64,000 bases of DNA from Octopus vulgaris (GCA_951406725.2 OX597837.1:8246001-8310000), one strand, 5' to 3'. Shown: positions 1 to 13,465, counted from the first letter of the stretch. Made by a program: numbers and translations. Notes: generated from the letters alone by a model not told the origin.

Positions 1-406
1 GCTATATATATGTATATATATACATATATATATATGAGTGTGTGTTTGTGTGTGTGTGTATATATATATACACGTCTACCTATATACACCTACACAAACA
101 CGAGTGCCCTCGTGTATAATTAAGTGTGCATGCGAATATAAATACAGAGTAACTGTTTGTATGTGTAAGTGTGTGAGTGCGTGTCTGTGTGAGTGCGTGT
201 CTGTGTGCGCGCGTACGTGCAAGTGTATGTGTGTGTGTGTGTGGTGGTTTAGCTTTCTGTGGCTAGATCAATATATTAATGCATCTTATTAGGTTCAATG
301 ATCCTTTATTTGTGCCTATATAATATACATACACGCATGCGTCGATTAGGAATTATTGATATAAAAGCACACACAGCCATACATACATACATAGCATCAA
401 TAGTGT

Positions 407-491
407 TAATAATAATAATAATAATAAAAATAATAATGATAATAATAATAATAATAATAGTAATAATAATAGTAATAATAATAATAATAAC

Positions 492-522
<31 letters not shown>

Positions 523-590
523 TTAATAATAATAATAATAATGATAATAATAAAAATAATAATGATAATAAAAATAAAAATAATAATAAC

Positions 591-639
<49 letters not shown>

Positions 640-652
640 GTAATAATAAAAA

Positions 653-720
<68 letters not shown>

Positions 721-759
721 TAATAATAATAAAAATAATAATAAAAATAATAATAAAAA

Positions 760-816
<57 letters not shown>

Positions 817-840
817 TGAGGATGATGATGATAATGATAA
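407..840. repeat. (AAT)n microsatellite
   Basis: Read directly from the sequence. Confidence 0.95.
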
Positions 841-1246
841 CGATGTATGTGTACACGGAGTGATCTCGAATCAAATAGCAAGACTCGAGGGCTTGAAAAA
901 ATTGAGCATAAATGGTATTGATTATCATTAACGATTTCATGAAATCAGGACAAAGAAACGTTTTAAATTGATGTGAGACCTCGAATGAAGCTGCAGTTAG
1001 ATGGTAAATAACACTGGAGATTAAGGAGATATTTACCTTTGCACTCTCGTCTACCTCCCCCCTCTCTCAATCTCTCTGTCTCTCTCTTTCTCTGTTACTT
1101 TTCACTTTTCTTTCTCTAAGTGTGTGGATATGTGCGTTTGTGACACTGTGCGAGTGTGTGTGTGTGTGTGAGGCTGTACTTAGATATGTATACGTGTATA
1201 TGCATTTATGACTATGCTAAAAGGTACAAAATAAACATATATACGA

Positions 1247-1314
<68 letters not shown>

Positions 1315-1328
1315 AACACACACATATT

Positions 1329-1364
<36 letters not shown>

Positions 1365-1367
<3 letters not shown>

Positions 1368-1565
1368 AAAAAAGTCAAGATAGAAAATGCTAAAATAATT
1401 TTATAGAAAACATTTCAGTACCGGTTTCAGTCATTGAGACTTTTTCAACTGTAAGTATGGAAGTGAATTAAATTTTGGAAAAATTAAAAGAATGTTTGCA
1501 TAGTATTCAAATACAAGTGTTTCTTGATCCTGCCTGTCTCTGTCTCTCTTGTTTACTCTTATGGT
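1365..1565 (-). mobile_element. Solo pLTR fragment of the same PLE family in (TA)n
   Basis: aagtcaagatagaaaatgctaaaataattttatag...catttcagtaccggtttc matches 20792-20990. Flanked on both sides by (TA)n. Confidence 0.8.
1416..1451 (-). ncRNA. Minimal type I hammerhead ribozyme with compensatory stem II change
   Basis: Minus strand reads CAG TTGAAAA AGTC tcaat GACT GAAA CCGG TA CTG. An A-U pair replaces the G-C pair of the other copies. Confidence 0.72.
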
Positions 1566-1566
1566 T

Positions 1567-1650
<84 letters not shown>

Positions 1651-1658
1651 TGCATATG

Positions 1659-1695
<37 letters not shown>

Positions 1696-2444
1696 TTATA
1701 TATTTATATGTCGGTATATGTATATGAATTTGAATATACGTATATGTGTGTATATCTGTCACAAAGGATATGAATATATATACACCTTTACTTCCTCCTC
1801 CTTCTCTTTCCTCCTCTCTCGCTCTCTCTATCTATCTATATATATATACATATATAAAAATATATACACACAGACACATACATACCTATATATATATATA
1901 TTATATATATACACACACATACACACATATATATATACGTATATACATGCATATGAATGTATATATATATACAGAAGAGTCATGCAGTCAGGGTAGGCAC
2001 GAATGGAAACTCCTTTGCCTAAGCAGACCAAGACGACCAATATTAATGGTATATAATTAATAAATACAAAAAAAAAAAATAAAAATAAAACAAATTGCTA
2101 GCATATTATAAAAACACTAATTTACCGCAAGGAACTTAATGGTGTAATTAACTAAGTAATTAACGTGCGACGGGATTAATTACGGCTGCCTTTCAACTTT
2201 GATCTATATATTAATGTATACTGCTTTTAAGCCCACCTGATTTCTGAGTTTAGCTTCGTAATCTTTCGTTCTCTTAGAAACAGAATAACAAGAAAAACTG
2301 ATTATGCTCAGATTCGTTGCAGTATGATGTGTGCGCATGCGTGTATGTTATATGGTGCTTGCTTTGTTTCAGATTCCAGTAATTGAACAGACGAACAGAT
2401 TTATAGACATATTGCTTTACATGCGAGTATCTGACGAATACACA

Positions 2445-2485
<41 letters not shown>

Positions 2486-2562
2486 TGTATGCATATATAT
2501 ATATATATATATATGCATGTATATATATATATACATTATGTATATATGTATATTTATATTAC

Positions 2563-2612
<50 letters not shown>

Positions 2613-2661
2613 TTTTTCTTGTTTCAGCTCAGAGCTATAGTATATAAATATTATATATTAC

Positions 2662-2717
<56 letters not shown>

Positions 2718-2929
2718 AATATTATATATATATTGTATATATATTATATTATATATTCATATATATATATTAGATATATATCATATTATATATACATATG
2801 ATATAATATAAACATATATATATATTATATGTGTGTTTGTGTATATTTGTCCCCCCGTCAGCGCTTGACAGCAGGTGTATGATCCAATAACTTAGCGGTT
2901 CGGCCAAAAAGGCCGAAAAAATAAGTTGC

Positions 2930-3165
2930 CAAGTGGCAAAAATAGTACACGAATACCAAAAGCAGCGTAGTATCCTATTTTTGTAAAGCTGAAATAACTT
3001 CAGAGAATTATTTCTCAGAGATTCAATGACCGTTCATGCCACAGTTACGATAATGTGAATTCCGTATAATCACAACTCTCTGATGAACGATCAAGTGAAA
3101 CTCTGAGGAAAAGCCCTGGGAGAATTTTTTTCTGATCTGAAAAAGTAGTATATGCGTATGAATAT
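2930..3165. mobile_element. Old inverted PLE-type family with degenerate HHR
   Basis: Similar to 9800-10040 and 61010-61160. + strand ctCTGATGA acgatcaagt GAAA ctc-t-gag. Confidence 0.5.
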
Positions 3166-3283
3166 AAATATTTAAAATTTGTTTACGGGAAAACGTTTTA
3201 TATATGCAAATAAAGCTCCTATCCCACCATGCCGGTCATTTTTTAGGGGTTGCATCGAACTTTATCAATATGATGTAGGATAC

Positions 3284-3340
<57 letters not shown>

Positions 3341-3347
3341 TAATAAT

Positions 3348-3576
3348 AAGATTGTCTTAACTGGCACATCACACGTATTGAGAAGAGCATTGTCGATGTG
3401 AGAACTGTTGCTGCTCATGTATTTTAATTTAACTTAAAAAAAAAAATTTAAAAAAATGAACGATCTACTGAGTTTGGTTTAATGGCCTACCATTGTATAC
3501 TATGAGTTTCTTTGCCCTAGGAGTCGGGAAGACACTCGGCAAGAAATGGAAGCAAATTTGAAAGAAGAAAAAAAAA
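3348..3576 (+). mobile_element. Extremely truncated 3' end of another R4/Dong-like element in (AAT)n
   Basis: 3348-3401 encodes KIVLTGTSHVLRRALSM*, followed by a 3' UTR. (AAT)n on both sides. Confidence 0.7.
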
Positions 3577-3616
<40 letters not shown>

Positions 3617-3622
3617 TAATAA

Positions 3623-4031
3623 TTGACCGTAACCAGTTGAGCATGTCCCTTAGTGGCTGACGATATGTGCATCTCTGATCACGAGTAGAAGTAGTGGGGG
3701 AGCATCAGAGCCATGTGTTGAGAGGGATTCTTTGTGGTTTGAATGATTCACCTCTGGAAACATGGGTGTTTCATTCAACATCCTTAAACAACCCTTAATC
3801 AGGGACCTTTTGAGTGGGATGGGTTACCCAACCAGAAGAAAATTCTAACTGGGCCCCACCCGCAAGGTCATGCGCTGTTTATCTTGTTATGAGATCCCCA
3901 TGTCGTGCACATATGGTTGTGATGCGTGTGCCTGGTGTACCCTTATCAGACGGGTAGTCATGATGGGTATACTGGGCTTCGTATATTTGTACCCCGGTGT
4001 CACTTTGATGGCATGCACTGCTCTCTCACTC
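3623..4031 (+). mobile_element. Non-coding retroposon with (AAT)n tail
   Basis: Flanked by (AAT)n. Homologous reverse copy at 47248-47644. Confidence 0.75.
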
Positions 4032-4633
4032 AATAATAATAATAATAATCTTTGGATGGAACTTATAAAGATATAATGCATGGCTACGCGCATTTCCACA
4101 AATCACTTATCTCTTGGGATCACAGTCCATATTTCCGAGATGATTACACTTTAGTCCAGTCATCGAGTTAATCGAATTCATGGATTCATTACTTCAATCG
4201 ATACAAAATTAATAGATCTTTTACAGACGGGTTTTATTCTTCTTGATAAGTGCGAATGTTGATTGAGGTAAATATATATATATATTTATATATATAATAT
4301 ATAATAGAGCAATAATTAGCAATTAATTAATAATTATAACATTTATATTTTACGTATGCTAAGCCACTGATAAACAATGGTATCCCTATATATATGTATA
4401 TATAAATATACATGTATAAATATATATGTATACACGTTCATGTATGTGTTTACGTATATATATATATATATATGTATATATATGTGTGTGTGTGTGTGTG
4501 GGTCTGTGTGTAAGTGAGTATGTGTGTGCATGCGTATACGCAGCCATGTCGGTACGTATGCACATATGCCTGTAAACATGCATGTACATAATCATGGCTA
4601 CAGGTAGAAATCTATATGTATGTACACGCATAC

Positions 4634-4700
<67 letters not shown>

Positions 4701-5074
4701 TATATGTATATGTATACACATATACATATATAGATGTAAGTATATATATGCACATACACATAGACGGACTCACTTGTATACATATTTAACTTCATGTTAC
4801 AAAATGGGTGAAAACCATTTTAAATTATAGTAAAAGCTTTTATTATTCTCATAAACAATAGATATAAAAGTAACACATCACGCCAAGTTCTCTTCTGCGA
4901 GCAATCTAGCTCGGAGCTATTTCAATATTTTCGCCATCGTCTACGGTAGACTTTGAGCTCTAATTGCATAAACAAAAACGTGAACTCAGTTAACCTTAAA
5001 ATATTACATAATTATTGCCTGATCTCATTTGTGTAATACTCATTCACTTAATATGGTGCTATTATTGTTATAAA

Positions 5075-5282
5075 AGGCGGTAAGCCGGCAGACATGTTAC
5101 CACGGCGGGCGAAATGCTTAGTGGTATTTCATCTGTCTTTTTATGTTCTGAGTTCATATTCCGCCGAGGCCGACACTACTTTTCATCGTTTCGGGGGTCG
5201 GTAAATTAACCACCAGTTGCGTTCTAAGGTCGTTTTAATCGACTGGCCCCTTCCTCCAAATTTCAGGCCTTGTGCCTGCAGT
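5075..5282 (+). mobile_element. SINE family B copy
   Basis: aggcggtaagccggcagac...gttctgagttcatattccgccgaggccgac. Confidence 0.78.
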
Positions 5283-5299
5283 ATATATGCATATAAATA

Positions 5300-5357
<58 letters not shown>

Positions 5358-5362
<5 letters not shown>

Positions 5363-5651
5363 ATATGTTACAATTACTCAATAGTCAAGATAAAACACTG
5401 AGTTTCAGATGCTGAAGTGGAAATCCACAACACCATCTCTTCGGGTATCTGGGCATCTGAAAAAACGGTATGAAAAAATACCGTTATATAAAGGGAAATT
5501 ACTGTGTTATAATTCTGCTACTTATATAGAATAAAACTCAGAGTTTTATCTTGACTATTGAGTAATTGTAACATATTATTTTATACATAAAGTTCCTCTA
5601 TTTACATAATATTGAGGTCTCTTTCTTTCTTTTGTTATCTTACCGTTTTTA

Positions 5652-5655
<4 letters not shown>
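5358..5655. mobile_element. PLE-type tail-out inverted element in (TA)n with HHR-like motif at 5388-5450 (-)
   Basis: 5358-5405 is the reverse complement of 5534-5580. The right arm has an extension of about 75 nt. Minus strand reads AGATAc CCGAAG AGATG...CATCT GAAA ctc-a-gtg TT tTATCT. Confidence 0.65.
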
Positions 5656-5718
<63 letters not shown>

Positions 5719-5725
5719 GTATATA

Positions 5726-5762
<37 letters not shown>

Positions 5763-5778
5763 GTATGTATATATGTAC

Positions 5779-5835
<57 letters not shown>

Positions 5836-6679
5836 TACATACATATATATATTACAAGAGACATTTGTAAAAAAGAAAAGATCTACATTGCATTTTTAGC
5901 CTCGAGTTTCACAGTATTTCGATCTTCAGGCGGGAACTGATCTAAGTCGGTCACACACACTCGCACACTCGTATGTATGTAAGATTGTGTATGTATGTAA
6001 ATACGAATACTTATGTATACTTTTATCAAGCCACATTTATATCAGTAGTTGTACATATTATAATTTTACACAGCCACTTATTTTTCAGTTCGGTTTTATT
6101 AATGTTGCTACCAGAATCGGCTTTTCCGATTTCCTTCAGCTTTAGCTCCGACAACAACTTGTATATTTTTGATACGACATTTCCGCCTTCCTCTCTACAG
6201 ATGTCAGGCAACATTTTCAGTTCCGTCAACGACTCTATTAATAATACCGGAAACAGTCTACAGAATTGACAAACTCCTTACGAACACACGGCGAACATAC
6301 AACACGTACGTACATACATATACATACATATGTATATATATATATTCGTTTATATACTTGCATGTGTGTATATAAATATATACATATATACATACATACT
6401 AACACATACGCACAAATACACACACATATATTCATGACATGTATATATATATGTTTGTATGTGTGTGTGTTTGTGTGTGTGTGTGCACTTGCACATTCAC
6501 GCATCCACATATATACATATACAGGTGCACATACATGCATACATGTACACATCTGTCCGTATTTATATATATATGTATATATATATATATATTTGTATGT
6601 TTGTATATATATGTATGTCTATATGCATATATGAATGTGTGTATATATGTATGTATATATATATATTTGCATATATATC

Positions 6680-6715
<36 letters not shown>

Positions 6716-7117
6716 TGTATGTATGTATGTGTGTGTGTGTGTTTAGATATACACACACGCACATGTGTATATATTTGTACATATATGCGTATGTGTGTAT
6801 GCGCGTGTGAATATTTATGTTTATACCTGGTAATTCCGTCTACATGTATTTGTGTACATATATGCGTATTGTATGTGTGTGTGTGTGTGTATGTGTGTGT
6901 TTGTGTGTGAGTGTATGCGTGAATGTGAAGGCGGTCTGTGGTCGTGTGTTAGAAGTAGTTACATCTCAGTTCCAATTTTAATCAAGAAACGATCTTTGAA
7001 ATCAGATGGTGAAAAAAAATATTTTAAAAGTAAAGGAAGAAAAAAAATGAAAAACTTCATCATCATTGTCGTTGTCGTCGGCGTCTACATGATGCACTAT
7101 TTTCCCCCTCCTCTTAA

Positions 7118-7523
7118 TCATCATCATCATCATCATTATTAGTGGTAGCAGCACCGCCACCACCACTACTATTACCATCACCATCACCAAAACTACCACC
7201 GCCTCTACAACGACGACGACAACGACGACCACTACCACCACCACCAGCACCAGCACCACCACCACCACACCACCACCATCTACATTCTGTTCATAATGAT
7301 GATGATGATAATGATGATGATGATGATGTTGATGATGATGATGAGGATGATGATGATGACGATGATGATGATGATGATGTTGACGATGATGAGGATGATG
7401 ATGATGATGATGATCATCATCATCATCATCATTATATCAGTAGCCGTAGCAACATTGTCATTCTCATGGTCGTCGTTATTATTGCGATCATCATCGTCGT
7501 CTTCATCTTCATTGTCATCATCG

Positions 7524-7585
<62 letters not shown>

Positions 7586-7761
7586 GTCATCATCATCATC
7601 ATCATCATCATCATCAACATCTTCGCCATCATCATCCTCATCCTCATCATCATTATCACGATCATCATCATCGTTATCATCGTCATCATCGTCGTCATCA
7701 TTATCGTCGTCATCATCGTCATCATCATCATCATCATCATCGTCATCGTCATCACCATCAC

Positions 7762-7804
<43 letters not shown>

Positions 7805-7926
7805 GTCGTCGTCATAATCATCATCATCATCATCATCATCATCGTCATCATCATCATCGTCGTCGTCATAATCATCATCATCATCGTCATCCCCACCTTC
7901 ATCATCATCATCATCATCATCACCAC

Positions 7927-7958
<32 letters not shown>

Positions 7959-8180
7959 CTACCACCACCACCACCACTACCATCATCATCATCACCACCA
8001 TCATCATCATGGTCATCATCATCGTCATCATCGTCAACATCATCGTCATCATTGTTATCAGCAACGCTGGCAACAAGAACGAGAAAAACATCAAGGACAT
8101 CAACAACAACAAAAAAAATTACGACAGCAACAACAATGAAAACGATGACAACAACAACAACAACAACAACCACAACAATT
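7118..8180. repeat. Compound triplet array (CAC, GAT, CAT/CGT, CAA)
   Basis: Read directly from the sequence. Confidence 0.95.
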
Positions 8181-8716
8181 CAAACAAAAACCATTTCTGC
8201 CAACCATTTTTTAGAATAAAGAATAAAGAATACGTTGAATTAAAAGATTCATAATTCTTTTTGCCATTTCTGGAATATGTCAGAGAGATTCCTAATAAAA
8301 CTTCTTCCATCTCTTCATCTTCAATTTCTTTCACTCTCTCATTCTCTCTTTCATATCTTCTTTCTTCACTTTTCTTTCTTATTCTATTTTAATTTTTTTT
8401 CTTATTTTTTCTCTTTCACTTCTTCTTTTCTTTCTTTGCATGTTTCATTTTTTACCCCCCCCCCCACTCTTATTTCTTCTTTTTTTCTCTCATATTTTCT
8501 TTCTTCGCTTCACTCTTGCTCCCCCCTTACTTTTACTCTTTCTCCATTCCCCTCATTCGTTCTTTCTTCGCCCCCTCTCTCTCTCCCCCTTTACATCTTG
8601 TAATTCTTCGCACGTTTTCAATCAATCTCGTCACTTTCTGTCAGGTTTTTGTTTTGTCATTCTTTCTCTGTCTCTGTCTCCATCTCTTTGTCTCCGTCCC
8701 TCTGTCTGGCTGTCTC

Positions 8717-8772
<56 letters not shown>

Positions 8773-8776
8773 AAGG

Positions 8777-8827
8777 AGCTTCTACAGGACTAGAACTGTT
8801 TCATTCAAAAGAAATCATCAGGAAGCT
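8777..8827 (-). ncRNA. Type I hammerhead ribozyme (inverted copy)
   Basis: Exact reverse complement of 8976-9026. Confidence 0.78.
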
Positions 8828-8975
8828 AGGTAACAAGAGTAGTTTTGGCATTTATACATTTAGGCAGGTTTAAAGGGGTGGTGGTGGGGGACTTTTTTGG
8901 GGTAGGCATGGCGCAAACTATCATTCTTAGGGGAGTGGTCAAAGGAATCGGTGGTACAGTAGATTCCTTTGACCT

Positions 8976-9026
8976 AGCTTCCTGATGATTTCTTTTGAAT
9001 GAAACAGTTCTAGTCCTGTAGAAGCT
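8976..9026 (+). ncRNA. Type I hammerhead ribozyme with complete stems I and III
   Basis: AGCTTC|CTGATGA|tTTC-tttt-GAAt|GAAA|CAG-ttctagtc-CTG|TA|GAAGCT. 6-bp stem I and canonical core. Stem II is closed by a U-U mismatch. Confidence 0.78.
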
Positions 9027-9105
9027 CCTTCTATAAAATAAATTTATTTACTCTGCTATGTATTGAGTACCTTATTTACTGTGGTTAACCCCGACTCAAC
9101 CCGGG

Positions 9106-9163
<58 letters not shown>

Positions 9164-9168
9164 GTAAA

Positions 9169-9354
9169 TATACTAGCCATCTCAATATGGCTAACCACTA
9201 AGGGTGGGTGTTACTGTAGCTTTTAGCCCCAGGAGATCATCGTCTCTAGCTGGCTTTAGGCACACTTTCTGTGCTGGAGACGATGATTTCCTGGGGCTAA
9301 AAGCTACAGTAACACCCACCCTTAGTGGTTAGCCATATTGAGATGGCTTGTATA
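9169..9354. repeat. Near-perfect long hairpin (about 76-bp arms, 22-nt spacer)
   Basis: 9175-9250 is the reverse complement of 9273-9348, with 2 differences that would be G-U pairs. The arm resembles 50235-50300. Confidence 0.85.
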
Positions 9355-9490
9355 CTTTACGTTGTCGAGCGGTTACTGTTTACATCTTTACATCTCGTTC
9401 AGAGATTTATTATTGCTATATATATATATATTTGTCAGTCACAAGATCTGCACACACACAAACACGCCTGTATATGTGTATATACAAACA

Positions 9491-9569
<79 letters not shown>

Positions 9570-9572
9570 CTA

Positions 9573-9777
9573 TACAAAGGGGTCCCCGGCTTTGGATAAA
9601 AGAAAATATTGGAGGATCTGTTAATTATGATTTTATTCAACATATTCTCCTTTCAGATTCACACACTTACTGAAGCGGTCCTTCAGTTTTTCTAAGGCCT
9701 TTAAAGGAACTGAGAAGCATATGCCCCCTACCAGGCCTTTCGCGATTACCTCAAACCCATTCAGTACCCACCTCGTA
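9573..9777 (-). mobile_element. Internally deleted mariner derivative
   Basis: ALEKLKDRFSKCVNLKGEYVE* is a mariner C-terminus. Ends TAcaaagggg and cacctcgTA are degenerate TIRs with TA flanks. Confidence 0.62.
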
Positions 9778-9799
9778 TATGAACATATATATATACAGA

Positions 9800-10045
9800 C
9801 AGGTGAGCAAATAAATGCACAACTATATGGGGAAAAATAATACTCGAATACCAAAAGTAGAGTAACACACTTTTTATGAAAGCTGCAAAATTAACACAGA
9901 ACTGTTATTCAGTGATTCACGTTCGCATTCGTTGAACAATTATGATGAAGAAACGATCTTTGAAATCCGACGCAGGGGAACGTGTCACTCCGAATAACCG
10001 TTCTGTGATAATTTTGCGGCTTTCCTAAAAAGTATATGCATATAT
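9800..10045. mobile_element. Same old family, inverted arrangement
   Basis: aatactcgaataccaaaagtagagtaa...gctgcaaaattaacacagaactgttattcag versus gaataaccgttctgtgataattttgcggc. Confidence 0.5.
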
Positions 10046-10204
10046 ATGTATGTAAGTCATTATTCAGTATATTTCAAGATTTCTTTCCAATATTATAAGA
10101 ACCGGTTTGTAACCTAGATCCAAGGGTCCTTCATTGGAATTTCATTGGAATTTCAACATCAACAACAGGGTATTTTTGTTTGTATGTATGTATGTTTTAT
10201 GTAT

Positions 10205-10425
10205 GTAATCTCATGCATATACTTGTATATCCAGACATGCTCATACAATTAATTGATAAACTTCTGGAAAGTTTTACAGATTTTTACAGTTCCAGTGATA
10301 GATTGGATCTATAATCTTTCTCCTTTCTGGTTTCGAGAAGCCTAATTTCTCAATATTGGTATTTAGGCAGTGTGTTACAAATCCCAGTGCCCCAATAATT
10401 ACAGGTATATACCTGAACTTGTAAT
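10205..10425 (-). mobile_element. RLE-type LINE 3' fragment ending at (CATA)n
   Basis: DYKFRYIPVIIGALGFVTHCLNTNIEKLGFSKPE. The 3' end abuts an ATGT repeat. Confidence 0.7.
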
Positions 10426-10868
10426 CACCGCCGCTACCGCCACCACTACTTCTGCCGCAGCCGCCACCACCACTACCATTATAATCACTATCATTACCGC
10501 TACCACCACCACCTTCACCACCACCAGCACCACTACCACCACCACCGCTGCTACCACAGTCGCCACTACCAACGCTGCCGCCGCCGCTGCCACCACCGCC
10601 ACCAACACCACTACCACTACAACCGCCATCACCACCGCCACCACCACAACCAATATAATCGCCATCACCACAGCTACCACCACCACCACCACCACTAAAA
10701 CCAAAATCAACACCACCATCATCACCATCGCCGCCGCCTCCACCGTCGTTGCCACCACCACCACCGCCTTCAAAATCACCATCATCACCGCTACTCCCCG
10801 CCACTAAATCACCACCACCACCACCACCACCACCACCACCACCACCACCACCACAACCACTATCACCG
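10426..10868. repeat. (CAC/CGC/TAC)n triplet array
   Basis: Read directly from the sequence. Confidence 0.9.
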
Positions 10869-11359
10869 TTGTCGTTGCTATCGATATTCCTTTAATTCAA
10901 GAGCCAAGGTGTTGTATTGTAAGGTGTAATTTCCATGTCATTAGCGAGACAGGTGGGTCAGGTTTTACAGCATTTAAAGACTTTCATCTTATTTAAAGAG
11001 ATTCCATCGAAATCTCTTTTCCCAGATTCTACGTCGTCTTGGGCAATGAAATCTTAAAATATGGAAAGTCTTAAGCGTAAATTAAAATTCATTCGAATCA
11101 TCACCATCATCATAACCATCATCTTCTTCACCACCATCTTCGCCACCACCATCTTTGTCACCGTGATTGGGATCTTCATCATGATCCTCATCACCATTGT
11201 AGTCGTCGTCGTCGTCGTCATCATCATCGTCATCACCAGCAAAATCGGTCAAGTTGTTATTGTTAAAGGAGAAGGAGTAAGAAGGGGCGGCATGGGCATA
11301 TATATAGTTCCATATATGGGGGTGTAGACGCGCTCATATAGTTTTGGGTGCATGTGTGT

Positions 11360-11395
<36 letters not shown>

Positions 11396-12020
11396 TTGTG
11401 TGTGTGTGTGCGTGTGTGTCTTTACATATAAATTTGACATGGGCGATTATTTCTTGTCTTTGGATTCACGGTCAAACGGCTGGAATTGCTTGAAAAATTA
11501 TACAGATATGTAGAATGATCCAGTGGTGAAGCTGGGCTTTGTATTTTTCCATAGTTCCCATGGTTACCGAGATAATCTACTATAATAATACTCTTGTGTT
11601 TATGAGTGAGAAAGGAAGGGGTGATAGCTGAATAGGGGGTGATGTCATTCTTGGTAGAGGGATGATGAAAATTGTACGCAGAAAAAATAAATCAAACAGC
11701 GTTTCAACTCTGTATGAATATATGTATGTGAATGTAAAAGGGATTTATGTGAATGTGTGTGTGTTTGTGGGAGAGTGTGAATGTGTGTATGTGTGTGGAA
11801 GTTGGATGGTTCATCTTTGTTCGCTTAATATTTGCGCTTATTTTTTGATTTGGTTGTTTTTTCTTTGTTGGTCAGTTATTTTTAGCGTTTTGATGGGAAA
11901 AAGTAATTCTAAAGTTGTTTTTTAACGTAAGCGTGCCCAATGAAGAAGAATGCTTACAGCTACATAATCCAAACCGACCAGGTGAAACAGGGCTTAGCTG
12001 CTAGTATATACATACATACA

Positions 12021-12054
<34 letters not shown>

Positions 12055-12219
12055 CATACATACATACATACAGTAGACCTCATAAAGCAGGGTTACATAA
12101 CCAATTACCTGCAGAAACAATTGTAGTGGTTACAAATAAATGTTTCTCCGTACTCCTCTTATTTGACTCCAACTTTATCAACTATCTATCTATCAATCAA
12201 TCTATCAATCAATCAATCA

Positions 12220-12278
<59 letters not shown>

Positions 12279-12310
12279 AATCAATCAATCAATCTATCAA
12301 TCAATCAATG

Positions 12311-12383
<73 letters not shown>

Positions 12384-12420
12384 CTCTATCTATACCACAC
12401 TCACAAACACACACACATAT

Positions 12421-12571
12421 ACGACGGGCTTCTATCAGTTTCCGTCTACCAAATCTACTCACAAGGCTTTGGTTGGCCCGAGGCTGTAGCAGAAAACAGA
12501 TGCCCAAGGTGCCATGCAGTGGGACTGAATCCGGAACCATGTGGTTGGTAAGCAAGCTACTTACCACTCAG
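12421..12571 (-). mobile_element. SINE family A 5' part
   Basis: acgacgggcttct...gtgggactgaatccggaaccatgtggttggtaagcaagctacttaccac. Confidence 0.85.
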
Positions 12572-13297
12572 TCACACATACATACACACACACACACACA
12601 CAGGTATATATCAAGAGATGACACTTGGCTTTTAGATCGAAGCATGCATTTTAACAGAAATTAAAAACTGTATAATTAAGATACGTATGGCATGGATGTA
12701 CTGTCTTTCCAAGTAACTCTCATAAAAATGGAAGATTTATCACAGAACGGATTTGTTATTGGCTTTCAACTATACATCTTTCGTATGCATTACATGCTTT
12801 GGATTGAAGTTAGAGACTCAACCCCCTATATATATATGTGTGTGCGTGTAATTGTGTGTGTATGTGTGTATTTATGCGTGTGAGAACGTGTGTTATACAC
12901 AATTACACACACGAATATATATGCATCTGCTGTCATTTCTTTAACACTCGCTAGCTGTCATTAAAATAATAAAGTCTATTTATTACTAAATTTTATTTCT
13001 CTAATGACAGAAGGAATTAGATTGTGATATTAAAATTAAATTCTTCAGCTACAATTGTTTTTAATTGCCATATTTTAGCAGTAAATTATTGTGATTTACG
13101 TCTTATAACGAATCTTAGAAAGAACTAAATTCTCACAAGACATTATGTTCTGCGATCAGTTTATTCTGGTACACATCCACCCTTCTAACATACGTCCATA
13201 TTAACCGTACCCAGTTAAATACTCACGGCATATCTGAAAAACGCAGCCTCTACGTATTTTCATCTCAGTATCAGCGATTAATATTCTGTACATTTAA

Positions 13298-13465
13298 AGC
13301 TGTGAGGTGGCAGAATCGTTAGCACGTCGGGCATAATTCTAAGCGGCATTTCGTCCGTTCTACGTTCAAATTCTGCCTAGGTCCACTTCGGCTTTTATCC
13401 TTAGGGGGACAATAAAATAAGAACCAACTAAGCACTGGGGTTTCCCCTAAATTGATGGGCATGTG
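13298..13465 (+). mobile_element. SINE family B copy
   Basis: tggcagaatcgttagcacgtcgggc...gttcaaattctgcc. Confidence 0.7.

Larger units (their letters stand above)
8767..9107. mobile_element. Non-autonomous PLE-type element with tail-out inverted arms
   Basis: 8767-8832 is the reverse complement of about 8972-9036. The right arm extends about 70 nt further (to aacccgggac). Flanked by (TA)n. A second copy lies at about 61180-61404. Confidence 0.8.

Noticed and set aside
6026-6270. Non-repetitive short ORFs on both strands
   Set aside because: No recognisable motif. Possibly a decayed retroelement end, but unsupported.
7142-8254. Long 370/297/226-aa ORFs rich in Pro, Asp, Ile and Met
   Set aside because: These are triplet microsatellites open in several frames on both strands, with no domain or splice evidence.
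10274-10807. Gly-rich or Thr-rich (mucin-like) ORFs
   Set aside because: A (CAC)n array fused by chance to a LINE fragment.
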